Virus record (IMG/VR): IMGVR_UViG_3300046454_000431
From: an uncultured virus (IMG/VR IMGVR_UViG_3300046454_000431)
Lineage: Duplodnaviria; Heunggongvirae; Uroviricota; Caudoviricetes
DNA: 64,000 nt
Strand: one strand, 5' to 3'
Both the position numbers and the translations under genes were made by a program. The first letter of the stretch is position 1. Each line of letters starts with the position of its first letter. The notes beneath the pieces were generated by a model. The model was not told the origin of the DNA. It did not search any database and was given only the letters and a program-made list of their open reading frames with translations. This document shows, in pieces, positions 45,525-55,853 of this stretch.

Positions 45525-46228
45525 GCGCCGCAGACATCCTCAACCTTCCTGTCGCCATTGGCCTTTCAGGCGAGGAGTATATCGAGGTCGTCCAGGGCGG
45601 CACTCTCCATCGCGCCACGGTGAAGCACTTCAGCAAGCGGCTGCTGGAGGGCGAGATCCCCAATGGCGTCCTCGTGCTGGATGGCAAGGAGGGGCCGCCG
45701 GGAGGCGCGGGTCCGCCTGGTCCGCCGGGGCCTGATGGTCCGCCTGGCCCGCCGGGGCCACGGGGAGGGCAGGGTGAGCCTGGCCCGTTCGGGCCGACCT
45801 TCACGCCGATGTCTGGCGCTGTCATCCGCTCGTGGTCCGTCTACGACAACAATACGCACTTGTTCAAGGAACGCTACATTCTGGGGGCCGACTTCCAGAA
45901 GAAGAACTTCTACCCGCAACTGATGCTCGCGCCCGCCGTGTCGGCGCTCGGCAACCGGCTGCGGCTGCGGGCCAAGGTCTGGTGTGTGGGCGCCGCCCAC
46001 GATTGCGCGATCAACGGCGGCATGTTCGTGAACGGCGAGAAGGCGGTGAGCGTCGCGCGCGCCTTTGCCGATTCGCCGCTGCTGTTCGACTATGAGTGCA
46101 TCCCGACTGTTCTGACGCCGCAGATGTTCTCCTTCTGTATCGGCCCGTCAGACGTCGGCGTCGATTGCATTGTCAACGTGGGCCGACTGGTTCAGAGTTG
46201 CCTCGTCATCGAGGAGATCCAGGCGTGA
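45521..46228 (+). CDS. Short collagen-like fibre protein
   Basis: NLPVA..LSG.E..E.VQ anchor; about 13 Gly-X-Y triplets. Confidence 0.75.
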   Translation: MSAADILNLPVAIGLSGEEYIEVVQGGTLHRATVKHFSKRLLEGEIPNGVLVLDGKEGPPGGAGPPGPPGPDGPPGPPGPRGGQGEPGPFGPTFTPMSGAVIRSWSVYDNNTHLFKERYILGADFQKKNFYPQLMLAPAVSALGNRLRLRAKVWCVGAAHDCAINGGMFVNGEKAVSVARAFADSPLLFDYECIPTVLTPQMFSFCIGPSDVGVDCIVNVGRLVQSCLVIEEIQA

Positions 46229-49200
46229 GCAATGTCCAGATCCCGAACCTGCCCGCCGCCGGCGCCCTGACTGGCACAGAGCAATTGGAGCTTGTGCAGG
46301 CTGGCGTCTCGGTGCGCGCTACGATTGCGCAAATTGTCACTGACGCGCAAGTTCCGACAGCATCTGACACCCTGCCAGGGATGGACGGCGGGGCCTCGGC
46401 GGGCGTCGAGGTGACCTATTCGCGCGGCGATCACATCCACCCGACCGACACCTCGCGCTATGCGGCGTCGAATCCGGCGAATTATGTGACGGCGGCTGCG
46501 CTGGGGCCTTATGCCCTGATCGACAGCCAGGCGTTCACGGGGACGCCCTCGATGCCGACAGGCGCCACGGGCGTCACGCAGGCGGCGGCGGATAGTTCGA
46601 CTAAGCTGGCGACCACCGCCTTCGTTAAGGCCCAGGGTTACCAGGTGGCGTCCGCGCTCGGCACGATGTCCACCCAGAACGCCAATAGTGTGGCGATCAC
46701 CGGCGGCGCCATCAACGGGACGACCGTCGGGGCCACCACGCCTAGCACCGGCGCCTTCACTAATCTGTCGGCGTCGGGGACGGTGTCCGGAGCGGGGTTC
46801 ACCGCGCTGCTCGCGCCCTATGCGCTGACGGCGAATGTTCCTGTTGCTTCCTCGACCAATCCCTCGATGGACGGGACGGTGGCGATTGGCGTAGGGACGA
46901 CGTGGGCGCGCGCCGATCACGTCCACCCTTCCGATACTTCGCGCTATGCGGCGTCGAACCCAGCCGGCTATCAGACGGCGGCGCAAGTCACAGCTTCCCT
47001 GGGGCCTTACGCCCTGATCAATTCTCAGGTGTTCACGGGGACGCCCTCGCTGCCGACCGGCACGATTGGCGTGACGCAGGCGCCTGGCGATAGCTCGACC
47101 AAATTGGCGACCACGGCTTTCGTCGGGGCGGCGACCACCGCCTTGGGCCTCGGCACGATGGCGGCGCAGAACGCCAACAGTGTCGCGATCACGGGCGGCG
47201 CCATCAACAACACGGCGATTGGCGCGACGACGCGCAGCAGCGGCGCTTTCACCACGCTGGCGGCCAACGGCGCGGCGACCTTCACATCCTCGCTGACGGC
47301 CTCGCCAGCCAGCGCCAATGTCACTCTGTCGCCCACCGGCACCGGCACGGTCATCATCAACCCGGCGACGGCTGGCTCCATCGACAATACGGCGGTGGGC
47401 GCGACGACGCCCAGCACCGGCAAGTTTACCACGCTGTCCGCGACGTCGATCAACAGCACCCCGATTGGCCCCACGACGCCCAGCACGGGCGCCTTCACCA
47501 CTTTGAGCGCCAATGGCGCGGCGACGTTTACAGGCTCGCTGACGGCCTCGCCAGCCAGCGCCAACGTCACGTTTTCACCGACCGGCACCGGCACGGTCAC
47601 CATCAACCCGGCGACGCTCGGCCATGTCGATAACACGGCAGTGGGCGCGACCACGCCCAGCACGGGCGCCTTTACCAATTTGTCCGCGACCGGCACGGTG
47701 TCGGGCGCCGGCTTCACCACGCTGCTGAACCCCTATGCGCTGGTCAATTCTCAGGTGTTCACCGGGACGCCATCGTTGCCGACTGGCACCATTGGCGTGA
47801 CGCAGGCGACGGCCACCAACAACACGACGTTGGCGACTACCGCCTTTGTCAAGGCGCAGGCTTATCTGACCGGCAATCAGACCATCACCCATACGGGCGA
47901 CGCCACCGGATCTGGCACCACCAGCATCCCGATGACGGTCGTCCAGCTTCAGGGCAGGCCGCTCGCCGCCACCGCGCCTGCCACCGGCAACCTGATGGGC
48001 TGGAACGGCTCGACGTGGGGGCCGGTTGCGGCTGGCGCGGCGGCGGCTGGCGGCACCAACGGCCAGATCCAGTACAACAATGGCGGCGTCCTCGGCGGCT
48101 TGACGCTCAACGGCACCGGCAATCCAGTCGGCACGACCAGCCCCACCTTGGCAGGCTCGGTGGTCATCAACGGCACGGCGCTCGGCAGTGTCGCGGGCAA
48201 CTCGCAGATCGTCTTCTCGCCGGGTTCAACCGACACCAATGGCGAGTCGCTGCGCACTGAAATCCAGCGCAAGTCGGCGGGATCGGATTGGAGCACCGCC
48301 GCTTGGCAGATCTACCGTCAGGTAGACAGCACCAAGATGGGCTATATCGAATTTAACAGCGGAAGCTCCAAGCCAATAGCTTTCGGTAATGGCGTCACTG
48401 AACATGCCTATTTCGACAGCGGTAAAAACCTGACCATTTTCGGCAATGTGGCGGCGACTGAAGTTTCTTACACCAATGGTGTAAACCCAGCGGTTGTTCT
48501 GAGTAAAAGCGCGTCAGGTGGCACGTCTCGCATCGTCGGCTCGATGGCGGGTAGCCCCAGATGGCAGGAAATGCTTGGAGATGCATCAGCCGAAAGTGGC
48601 AGCAATGCTGGATCAAATTATGGTCTGCAAAGATACACTGATGCTGGGGTTCTTATCGACGCGCCGTTTGCTATCAATCGCGCTTCTGGCATCGCCACGT
48701 TTTCGCAGGGGGTTGCTGCTGCGAGTTACACGGTAAATGCCTTAGCCGCTACCGATGCCGCTTTATACCTCAACAAGCCCGCATCTGGTCGAGCTTCAAC
48801 TGTGTACGGCCAGATGGCTGGCTCGACTCGTTGGGGCATGAATTTTGGCGATTCTGGGGCTGAAGCCACAGGCAACGTCGGTTCTGATTTTGGCCTCGCC
48901 AGATTTGACAACACGGGCGCGTTTATCGACAACCCGCTAACTATTAACCGTGCAACTGGCGCGGTGACGCTGAACCAGACCAACTCTAGCGGTGTGCTAA
49001 ACCTCACTGCAACAGCGGGCGTGTGGCCGCAGATTTCGCTCAATAAAGCGGCCAGCGGCGTGGGCGCTGTTGTAACTGGCACTAAGGCTGGCGTCGCTCG
49101 CTGGCAGGTGTCGCTGGGCGATCAGACCGCTGAAGGCACTGCCAATGCCGGGTCAAATTTCACAATATCCACTTTTTCCGATGCAGGCGCGTACGTAGGC

Positions 49201-50469
49201 AGTCCGTTTCTTATTGAGCGCGCCTCTGGTTACCTCCGGTTGAACGGCAACGGAGCCACTCCTACCACAGCATCCCCTGCGCCTTTTGGTCACAGTCAGG
49301 TTGTGCTCAACAAGGCTGGATCGACAAAAGCATGCAATATTGTTGGTCAAAACAATGCTTTGCCTAGATGGGAAATTGATATTGGAGACACCACCGCAGA
49401 GAGTGGCAGCAATGCCGGATCTAATTTTGGCATAGCAAGGTTCAATGATGCTGGTGCAGGCATAGACTATCCGTTCTCCATACTTCGTTCATCTGGGATT
49501 GCCACTTTTTCTAAAGCCGTAGTCGTACAAAGCTTCGACAATCTAGGTCAGCTTCGCCTTGTTGGCGGCAACTATGGCGCTGGCATACGCAATGATGGCG
49601 CAAGCTGCTACCTCTTGCAGACTGCGGTGAGCGACCAGTATGGGGCGTTCAGCACTGCCCGTCCGTTCTCGTGGAACCTGTCCAACGGCGCTGTTAATAT
49701 CGATGGCGGCGCTGCTGGAACTACATTTGGCGGCGCAATATCTACATCAGGTCAAATATACACTAGCGGAAGCATAATAGGCAGCGGTATTTATGCTTCT
49801 GGCGGTCAGATGACCGTACAAACTAGCGGCGCTAACGGGTACATCAATCAATGCGACGCTTCTGGCAATGGCGGGCAGTTCAGAAACCTTACCATACGCG
49901 GGTTGGACGCTGGCTATTCTGGGCAAGTCAACTTGAGCGCGATAACCCTCGCTACGGCTCTTGTTACGTCCAACGGGATTATTGACGCTACGAATGGTTT
50001 TCGGTGCCGCCTTGGCGCTCCCGGCGGCGCGCTGGGCGCAAACGTGTTCAGCTACTTCTGGAACACCGACAACCATCTCTACGGCTCTGTGGACGCCACC
50101 AATCTGGGCTGGATCGCGTGGTCTTCCGACTACCGCATCAAGCGGGACATTGCGCCGCTGCCGTCGATGTGGGACCGCGTCAAGGCGCTGAAGCCGATCA
50201 GCTATTTCCATAAGGATTGGACGCCAGAATGGGAGGCGCCGAAAGAAAATGGCGATGCGCCCGATCCACTGTTCAGGGACGATGGCGTAGAGAACTGGGG
50301 CTTCGTCGCGCACGAGCTTCAAGAGACGCTGATCCAGAGCGCGGCGACCGGCGTCAAAGATGAAGCCGGTCTGGTGCAGGCGCCCAACCCGTGGACGGTG
50401 ATCGCGACGCTGACCAAGGCGCTGCAAGAGGCAATGGCGCGCATCGAGGCGCTGGAGGCAAGGCCATGA
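46225..50469 (+). CDS. Long tail fibre 2 with a C-terminal S74 chaperone domain
   Basis: GAGGAG RBS with GTGA coupling; LATTAFV and GATTPSTGAFT repeats; four AESGSN-type modules; SDYRIKRD. Confidence 0.85.
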   Translation: MSNVQIPNLPAAGALTGTEQLELVQAGVSVRATIAQIVTDAQVPTASDTLPGMDGGASAGVEVTYSRGDHIHPTDTSRYAASNPANYVTAAALGPYALIDSQAFTGTPSMPTGATGVTQAAADSSTKLATTAFVKAQGYQVASALGTMSTQNANSVAITGGAINGTTVGATTPSTGAFTNLSASGTVSGAGFTALLAPYALTANVPVASSTNPSMDGTVAIGVGTTWARADHVHPSDTSRYAASNPAGYQTAAQVTASLGPYALINSQVFTGTPSLPTGTIGVTQAPGDSSTKLATTAFVGAATTALGLGTMAAQNANSVAITGGAINNTAIGATTRSSGAFTTLAANGAATFTSSLTASPASANVTLSPTGTGTVIINPATAGSIDNTAVGATTPSTGKFTTLSATSINSTPIGPTTPSTGAFTTLSANGAATFTGSLTASPASANVTFSPTGTGTVTINPATLGHVDNTAVGATTPSTGAFTNLSATGTVSGAGFTTLLNPYALVNSQVFTGTPSLPTGTIGVTQATATNNTTLATTAFVKAQAYLTGNQTITHTGDATGSGTTSIPMTVVQLQGRPLAATAPATGNLMGWNGSTWGPVAAGAAAAGGTNGQIQYNNGGVLGGLTLNGTGNPVGTTSPTLAGSVVINGTALGSVAGNSQIVFSPGSTDTNGESLRTEIQRKSAGSDWSTAAWQIYRQVDSTKMGYIEFNSGSSKPIAFGNGVTEHAYFDSGKNLTIFGNVAATEVSYTNGVNPAVVLSKSASGGTSRIVGSMAGSPRWQEMLGDASAESGSNAGSNYGLQRYTDAGVLIDAPFAINRASGIATFSQGVAAASYTVNALAATDAALYLNKPASGRASTVYGQMAGSTRWGMNFGDSGAEATGNVGSDFGLARFDNTGAFIDNPLTINRATGAVTLNQTNSSGVLNLTATAGVWPQISLNKAASGVGAVVTGTKAGVARWQVSLGDQTAEGTANAGSNFTISTFSDAGAYVGSPFLIERASGYLRLNGNGATPTTASPAPFGHSQVVLNKAGSTKACNIVGQNNALPRWEIDIGDTTAESGSNAGSNFGIARFNDAGAGIDYPFSILRSSGIATFSKAVVVQSFDNLGQLRLVGGNYGAGIRNDGASCYLLQTAVSDQYGAFSTARPFSWNLSNGAVNIDGGAAGTTFGGAISTSGQIYTSGSIIGSGIYASGGQMTVQTSGANGYINQCDASGNGGQFRNLTIRGLDAGYSGQVNLSAITLATALVTSNGIIDATNGFRCRLGAPGGALGANVFSYFWNTDNHLYGSVDATNLGWIAWSSDYRIKRDIAPLPSMWDRVKALKPISYFHKDWTPEWEAPKENGDAPDPLFRDDGVENWGFVAHELQETLIQSAATGVKDEAGLVQAPNPWTVIATLTKALQEAMARIEALEARP

Positions 50470-51071
50470 CAATCGACAGAGAGTTTTTCTTCGACGCCGT
50501 CCGCGACGAACTGTTCAGCGGCGGGATGGCGCAGTCTCAGGTGGACGGCATGAACAATCTGCTCAACATCTGGGAAGCCGACTATGCCGCCGCCAACCCG
50601 CGCGACGGCAAGATGTGGCTGTCCTACGGGCTGGCGACCGTGTACCACGAGAGCGCGCAGACCATGCAGCCCATCGAGGAGTATGGCAAGGGCGAGGGCC
50701 ACAGCTACGCCGACCCGGACGGCCCCTACGGCCAGTCCTATTACGGGCGCGGCCACGTCCAGTTGACGTGGTTCGAAAACTACGAAAAGGGCGAGGCTGT
50801 CTTCAAGGAAAAATTCGACCGCAATGTGCCGATGGTCAAATACCCGCACCGCATGCTCGAGGAAGAGACGTCGGCGGTGATCCTGTTCGAAGGCATGATC
50901 GACGGCTGGTTTACCGGCGTCGGCCTGCCCGACTTCTTCAGCGCCGAAGAGGGCGAGGAAGATCCCTACAACGCCCGCAAGATCATCAACGGCCTCGACA
51001 AGGCCTCGACCATCGAGGGCTATTATTGGGTGTTCAAAGAGGCGATTCGAGATGCGGAAAGCAGTGTTTAA
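50466..51071 (+). CDS. GH19-like endolysin
   Basis: LATVYHES..TMQPIEE, YYGRGHVQLTW..NY and ARKIING.D. Confidence 0.85.
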   Translation: MTIDREFFFDAVRDELFSGGMAQSQVDGMNNLLNIWEADYAAANPRDGKMWLSYGLATVYHESAQTMQPIEEYGKGEGHSYADPDGPYGQSYYGRGHVQLTWFENYEKGEAVFKEKFDRNVPMVKYPHRMLEEETSAVILFEGMIDGWFTGVGLPDFFSAEEGEEDPYNARKIINGLDKASTIEGYYWVFKEAIRDAESSV

Positions 51072-51276
51072 TGGATCGGTCATCGTCGCCGTCCTGACTG
51101 CCGCAGCCAACGGCTCCATCGAGTGGCCGGGGGTTCTCGTCACGCCTGAACATATCGTGCAGATCCAGAAGGTGCTGTTCGCCGCGCTCAGTATTTGGGC
51201 GGTCGCATTGCCATTCATCTTGAAGGCGAGCAATGCTATTGATGATGCTGCCGTTAAAAAGGGACCGCCGTCATGA
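51052..51276 (+). CDS. Holin (putative)
   Basis: Two hydrophobic segments; overlaps the end of the lysin gene. Confidence 0.5.
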   Translation: MRKAVFNGSVIVAVLTAAANGSIEWPGVLVTPEHIVQIQKVLFAALSIWAVALPFILKASNAIDDAAVKKGPPS

Positions 51277-52049
51277 CGGGGATCAGCGAACCGCTCACCT
51301 ATAACAGCTACGTCTCTGCCATCGCGACCCTTGCTGTCGTCCCGACGCAGGGAGACAGCGGTGGCGTGATGCATTTCACCGAGCCGAATCTCGATGGCGT
51401 CGTCCCACAGATGCTGAATTACGCGGAGCTTCGCATCCAGCGCGACCTTAATCACCTGGCGTCGCAGAAAATGCGCTCCTACGCGCTGGCGGATGGCTCC
51501 TGGGAATTGGACATCCCCTTCGATGATCTCGTCACCGTCCAAAACATCACTCTCGCGGGGGTGACCGACACCACTGTTTTCTCCGCATTGACGCCGGTGT
51601 CGAAAGAGTTTTGGCAAACCGTTTACATTGATCCCGACTATACCGCCGTCCCGAAATATTTCACGCCTGTCGGCGGCGAGTTAAATCCGGCGGGCGCCAC
51701 ATATCACATTTACTCCATTATGCCGAAGCCAGATCAGCCGTATAAGGCTTATGTCACAGGCACCGCGCGCATGCCCTCGCTGTACATGAAAAAGAACTCT
51801 GAGCCTAACAGCGGAACAACCTTCATTTCGAGCCAGATGCCTGATCTTTTGCTGATGGCGAGCATGGTGTTTTTGAGCGCGTACCAGCGCAACTTTAGCT
51901 CGGCAGGCTCCGATCCGCAGATGCCGATCAATTACGAGACGCAATACCAGACCCTGCTGAAGGGCGCGATGGTGGAGGAAATGCGGCGCCGCTTCTTGAT
52001 GGTGCCAGGGTCGAGCGATGCGCCGTCGCCGGCGAATATGAAGGGCTGA
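51273..52049 (+). CDS. Tail adaptor / tubular protein (putative)
   Basis: AELRIQRDL, PKYF, P.PD..Y, TFIS...PDLLL.ASM and YE.QY. Confidence 0.6.
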   Translation: MTGISEPLTYNSYVSAIATLAVVPTQGDSGGVMHFTEPNLDGVVPQMLNYAELRIQRDLNHLASQKMRSYALADGSWELDIPFDDLVTVQNITLAGVTDTTVFSALTPVSKEFWQTVYIDPDYTAVPKYFTPVGGELNPAGATYHIYSIMPKPDQPYKAYVTGTARMPSLYMKKNSEPNSGTTFISSQMPDLLLMASMVFLSAYQRNFSSAGSDPQMPINYETQYQTLLKGAMVEEMRRRFLMVPGSSDAPSPANMKG

Positions 52050-52052
52050 CCC

Positions 52053-54239
52053 ATGCCGCACCAGGTTCTCAAAGTCCAGCCCGGCGTCAACACCAACGAG
52101 ACGCCTGTCCTGAACATGGCCGGCATTTCGGAATGCGACAAAATCCGCTTCAGGCAAGATCCAGCCGGCTTGGGCCTGGTCGAGAAGCTGGGCGGCTGGA
52201 CGCGCTTCTACACCGGCGTTTTCGATTACGCCGTGCGCCATCTCTTCGTGTGGCAGGAAATCGACATCGACAAGTTCGTGGCTGTCGGGATGGCTGGCCT
52301 GGGCGGCGTCGAGCTTTTGCGGGCGCAGGATGAGCTTAATCCGATCACCGGTCTGCCCACGGGTTTCTCGACAGCGACGCCCAGCGGCGCCCTGCCTCTC
52401 ACGCCGCTGTTCAGGAATACGGACGCTCCGAACACTACGATCCTGGTTTCGACCGTGGCCGGCAGTCCGTTCGTCTCCATAACCGATCCATCGCTCGACC
52501 AGATCCACACCACGGATTCGGTCTATTTCGCCACCCATGTCGCCGTCGGCGGCCTTGTCCTGTTCGGGCAATATGCGGTCTACGCGACGACGTCTTTCAC
52601 CAGCTATCAGATCGTCGCGCGCACGGTGCTCGGCGCGCCGCAGGCGGCATCTACGACTGCGGGTTCGACAACCGCTGTTCCGCCGCTCTTCACCACGGCG
52701 ACCAACAGTTATGAAATTACTGTCACGCTGCCGAAACACGGCTACGTGGTTGGTGATGTCTTCCCGCTGCTGATCGCCACCGCCGTCGCCAACATCACGC
52801 TCGCGCCGCGCGAGTACGAGATCCAGCGGATCACCGACGTGGATCACTTCGTCATCCTGGCGAACGAGATCGCGACGTCAGGCGCGTCGGCCTATCCGAA
52901 CGGCGGCAACTTCCGCCTGATTTATAATATCGGCGGCGCCCCCAGCAACATCATCAGCGGCTACGGCGCCGGCATTTACGGCGGCACGGCTGGAGACGGC
53001 GGCTATGGCCGAAACAGTGGCGGCGCGCCGACAGCGCCAGGAACGCCGGCCTCGGCCACGGATTGGAACTTCGACAACTGGGGCAGCATCCTGCTCGCCA
53101 GCCCCAGGAACGCCGTCGTCGATGGCATTCCGGTGTCTGGCATCTACCAGTGGGAGGATGAGACAGGCGCCAAGGTGCTCGCGGTGATCGCGGAGGCGCC
53201 GCCTTGCAATGATGGCTTTTTCGTCGGCATGCCGCAGCGCCAGATTATCACTTGGGGTTCCAGCTTCACCGGCATCCCAGACCCGCTGCTCGTCCGCTGG
53301 TGCGACGTCAACGATTACACCGTTTGGGCGGCGACGATCACCAACCAGGCCGGATCTTACCGCATCCCGAAAGGCTCCAAGATCGTCGGCGCCCTCCAGG
53401 CCGCGCAGCAAGGCATCCTCTGGACCGATATCGGCGTCTGGTCGATGCAGTATATCGGCCAGCCCTACATCTACAGCTTCAATGAACTCGGCACTGGCTG
53501 CGGCATGCTTGCGCAGAAGGGGGCGGGGGCGGTCAATGGCGTGGTCTACTGGATCAGCCACCGCCAGTTCTTCATGCTGTCGGGGGCCGGCGTTCAACCA
53601 GTCCCGTGCCCCGTCTGGGACATCGTCTTTCAGAGCATCGACCGCCGTTATTATGACAACGTCCGGGTCGCGCCCAATTCGATGTTCAATGAGATCTCCT
53701 GGTTCTTCACCTCGGTCAATTCCCCAAATCACGAGAACGATTCCTACGTCAAGTTCAACTACGTGCTGAACGCCTGGGACTACGGCACGATTGCCCGCTC
53801 GGCATGGGTCAACCAAAGCGTCCTCGGCTCTCCGATGGGCGCGGGCGTCAGCCCGGAGGATGGTCAGATCCGCCTGTTCCAGCATGAGCGGACGCCCGAC
53901 GCCGACGGTCAGCCAATGCACTCGTGGTTTGCGACCGGCTATTTTGCGATGGCGGAAGGCGACAGCAAGATTTTCGTCGATGAGATCTGGCCCGACATGA
54001 AGTGGGGCGCCTATGGCGTCACCAAGAATGCGACGGTCGATCTGACGTTCACGGCCAAGGATTTTCCCGCTCAAGACCCGCTGATGACGAACAGTTTTTC
54101 CTTCACGGTGGGATCGACTTACGTCACGCCGCGCCTTCGCGGGCGCTTGATGCAGGTGACCCTTGGGAGCAATGATCGCGGATCGTTCTGGCGCCTCGGC
54201 GGCATGCGGTATCGCGCAGCGCCAGACGGGAAATACTGA
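52053..54239 (+). CDS. Tail nozzle / P22 gp10-like stabilisation protein (putative)
   Basis: RFR...EKLGGW, W.FDNWG, DPLLVRWCD, NQAGS, FNEISWF and WRLG..R....DG. Confidence 0.7.
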   Translation: MPHQVLKVQPGVNTNETPVLNMAGISECDKIRFRQDPAGLGLVEKLGGWTRFYTGVFDYAVRHLFVWQEIDIDKFVAVGMAGLGGVELLRAQDELNPITGLPTGFSTATPSGALPLTPLFRNTDAPNTTILVSTVAGSPFVSITDPSLDQIHTTDSVYFATHVAVGGLVLFGQYAVYATTSFTSYQIVARTVLGAPQAASTTAGSTTAVPPLFTTATNSYEITVTLPKHGYVVGDVFPLLIATAVANITLAPREYEIQRITDVDHFVILANEIATSGASAYPNGGNFRLIYNIGGAPSNIISGYGAGIYGGTAGDGGYGRNSGGAPTAPGTPASATDWNFDNWGSILLASPRNAVVDGIPVSGIYQWEDETGAKVLAVIAEAPPCNDGFFVGMPQRQIITWGSSFTGIPDPLLVRWCDVNDYTVWAATITNQAGSYRIPKGSKIVGALQAAQQGILWTDIGVWSMQYIGQPYIYSFNELGTGCGMLAQKGAGAVNGVVYWISHRQFFMLSGAGVQPVPCPVWDIVFQSIDRRYYDNVRVAPNSMFNEISWFFTSVNSPNHENDSYVKFNYVLNAWDYGTIARSAWVNQSVLGSPMGAGVSPEDGQIRLFQHERTPDADGQPMHSWFATGYFAMAEGDSKIFVDEIWPDMKWGAYGVTKNATVDLTFTAKDFPAQDPLMTNSFSFTVGSTYVTPRLRGRLMQVTLGSNDRGSFWRLGGMRYRAAPDGKY

Positions 54240-54649
54240 TGACAGCTTCTCTTGGCGACCTCCTCTCCGCAGCCAAAAACATCGCGCAGGCGATCAATGA
54301 CGCGGCGCGGGCCTATGTCGGCGTCCAGGGTTCCCAGGTGTCGCTCACGCTAACGGCTCCTACGCAGGTCGTTCATGGCGCGGGACGGGTCGCCATGCTC
54401 AATGTGCATGCGGCGGGATCGACTTCAGGCAACCTTTGCGACACTACCGATGTCGGCAACAGCAACAACCCCAAGCACATCATCGCCACGATTCCGATGA
54501 GCGTCGGCTTTTATTTTGTCAACACCACCTTCAACGATGGACTGCTCGTTTTGCCTGGGACGGGCCAGTCGGTCACCGTGACCTATTCGACCGGATCGGC
54601 GGCGGGCAACCAGTCGTCCTCCGCTGCCAACCAGGCGAGAGGACGCTGA
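54239..54649 (+). CDS. Small tail-associated protein
   Basis: TGATG coupling; beta-rich. Confidence 0.6.
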   Translation: MTASLGDLLSAAKNIAQAINDAARAYVGVQGSQVSLTLTAPTQVVHGAGRVAMLNVHAAGSTSGNLCDTTDVGNSNNPKHIIATIPMSVGFYFVNTTFNDGLLVLPGTGQSVTVTYSTGSAAGNQSSSAANQARGR

Positions 54650-54650
54650 C

Positions 54651-55340
54651 ATGCCACTGATCAAATCCGGATCCAAGGAGGCCGTCAGCCAGAATATCAG
54701 GACGGAGATCGGCGCCGGCAAGCCGCAGAAACAGGCGGTCGCCATCGCCCTCGATGTCGCGAGGCGCGCACGGGACGCCGGCGGCGGCATGCCGACGCTC
54801 TCAAAACTGGACACGCCGCCTGATGTTCCGAGCACGGTTCACGCGCACCTGTCGGCCAAGGTCCACACCGGCCCGATCCACAGCGCGGTCGCGGGCCGCA
54901 CCGATCACCTGCCCGTCCATGTTCCGAGCGGCAGCTATGTCATTCCCGCCGACGTCGTCAGCGGCATGGGCGAAGGAAACACTAATGCCGGATTCAAGAA
55001 CATCAAGCGGATGTTTGGTGGCCTGCCTCGTGGGGCCGGCGAGCAACCCTATGATCATAAAGGCGGACCTTATGGCGCTGGGTCTGCTCCCTATAACATC
55101 GATCCCAGCAAGCCCTATGGCGAACCGCTACCTAGTGGGCATGCTGCTGGCGGGAAAACCGGTAAGGATGTCAAGGTCGTTGTGGCAGGCGGCGAATACA
55201 CGCTGACGCCTGAAGAGGTGATGGCGGCGGGCGACGGCGACCTGGATCGCGGCCACCGCGTTCTCGATGATTTTGTCAAACAAATGCGCGGCCACATCGT
55301 CAAGACGATGTCAAAGCTGCCTGGACCGAAGCGAGACTAG
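54651..55340 (+). CDS. Stand-alone protein with two copies of the tape-measure-type G(S/E)Y(V/T) domain
   Basis: GRTDHLP...GSYVIPADVVS.MGEG and GGEYTLTPEEV...GDGD..GH..LD; N-terminal MPL..G...NI..E...GKP.KQAVAIAL. Confidence 0.7.
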   Translation: MPLIKSGSKEAVSQNIRTEIGAGKPQKQAVAIALDVARRARDAGGGMPTLSKLDTPPDVPSTVHAHLSAKVHTGPIHSAVAGRTDHLPVHVPSGSYVIPADVVSGMGEGNTNAGFKNIKRMFGGLPRGAGEQPYDHKGGPYGAGSAPYNIDPSKPYGEPLPSGHAAGGKTGKDVKVVVAGGEYTLTPEEVMAAGDGDLDRGHRVLDDFVKQMRGHIVKTMSKLPGPKRD

Positions 55341-55344
55341 AGCA

Positions 55345-55848
55345 ATGAGCGACATACGAGTGAGATACGGCGTTCCAGCCGACGTGCATAATTTCATGGA
55401 CCTGACATCCATGTGCGCGGAAGAGAACGGGCTGCTCGCGGTGAACACCAGGAAAGTGCTGGAAGAGGTGTGGGCCAGCCTGAACTGGGACCACGGCGTG
55501 ATCGGCGTGATCGAGGGTGACGAAGGCATGCTGGAGGCCGGCATCCTGCTCCGCGTGGACACCACGCCTTATAGCGTCGAGGAAGTCCTGTGCGAACGCG
55601 CGATCTACGTGCGGCCAGAATTTCGCAAAGTGCAGCGCAGCCTTTATCAGGGCGGGCGCGCCAGCTATCTGTGCGAGTTCGCCAAGAACGCCGCCATGCG
55701 CCTCGAATTACCCCTCCTAATCAGTATTTTGTCAACGCACCGCGCTGCTGGTAAGGTGAGACTTTACGAGCGGCATTTCGGGACGCCGGCGGGCGCCTAT
55801 TGGCTTTGGAACGCGAAGACGGGCCATAAGCAAGAAGCTGCGGAGTAG
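55345..55848 (+). CDS. GNAT-fold acetyltransferase-like protein
   Basis: VRY...D, IYVRPEFRK and RLYER; typical position before podovirus ejection genes. Confidence 0.6.
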   Translation: MSDIRVRYGVPADVHNFMDLTSMCAEENGLLAVNTRKVLEEVWASLNWDHGVIGVIEGDEGMLEAGILLRVDTTPYSVEEVLCERAIYVRPEFRKVQRSLYQGGRASYLCEFAKNAAMRLELPLLISILSTHRAAGKVRLYERHFGTPAGAYWLWNAKTGHKQEAAE

Positions 55849-55853
55849 GCGTC

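Noticed and set aside
43227..50469. Diversity-generating retroelement acting on the fibres
   Set aside because: There is no reverse transcriptase in the window, and the similar 3' segments both lie in coding S74 domains rather than forming a template/variable repeat pair.
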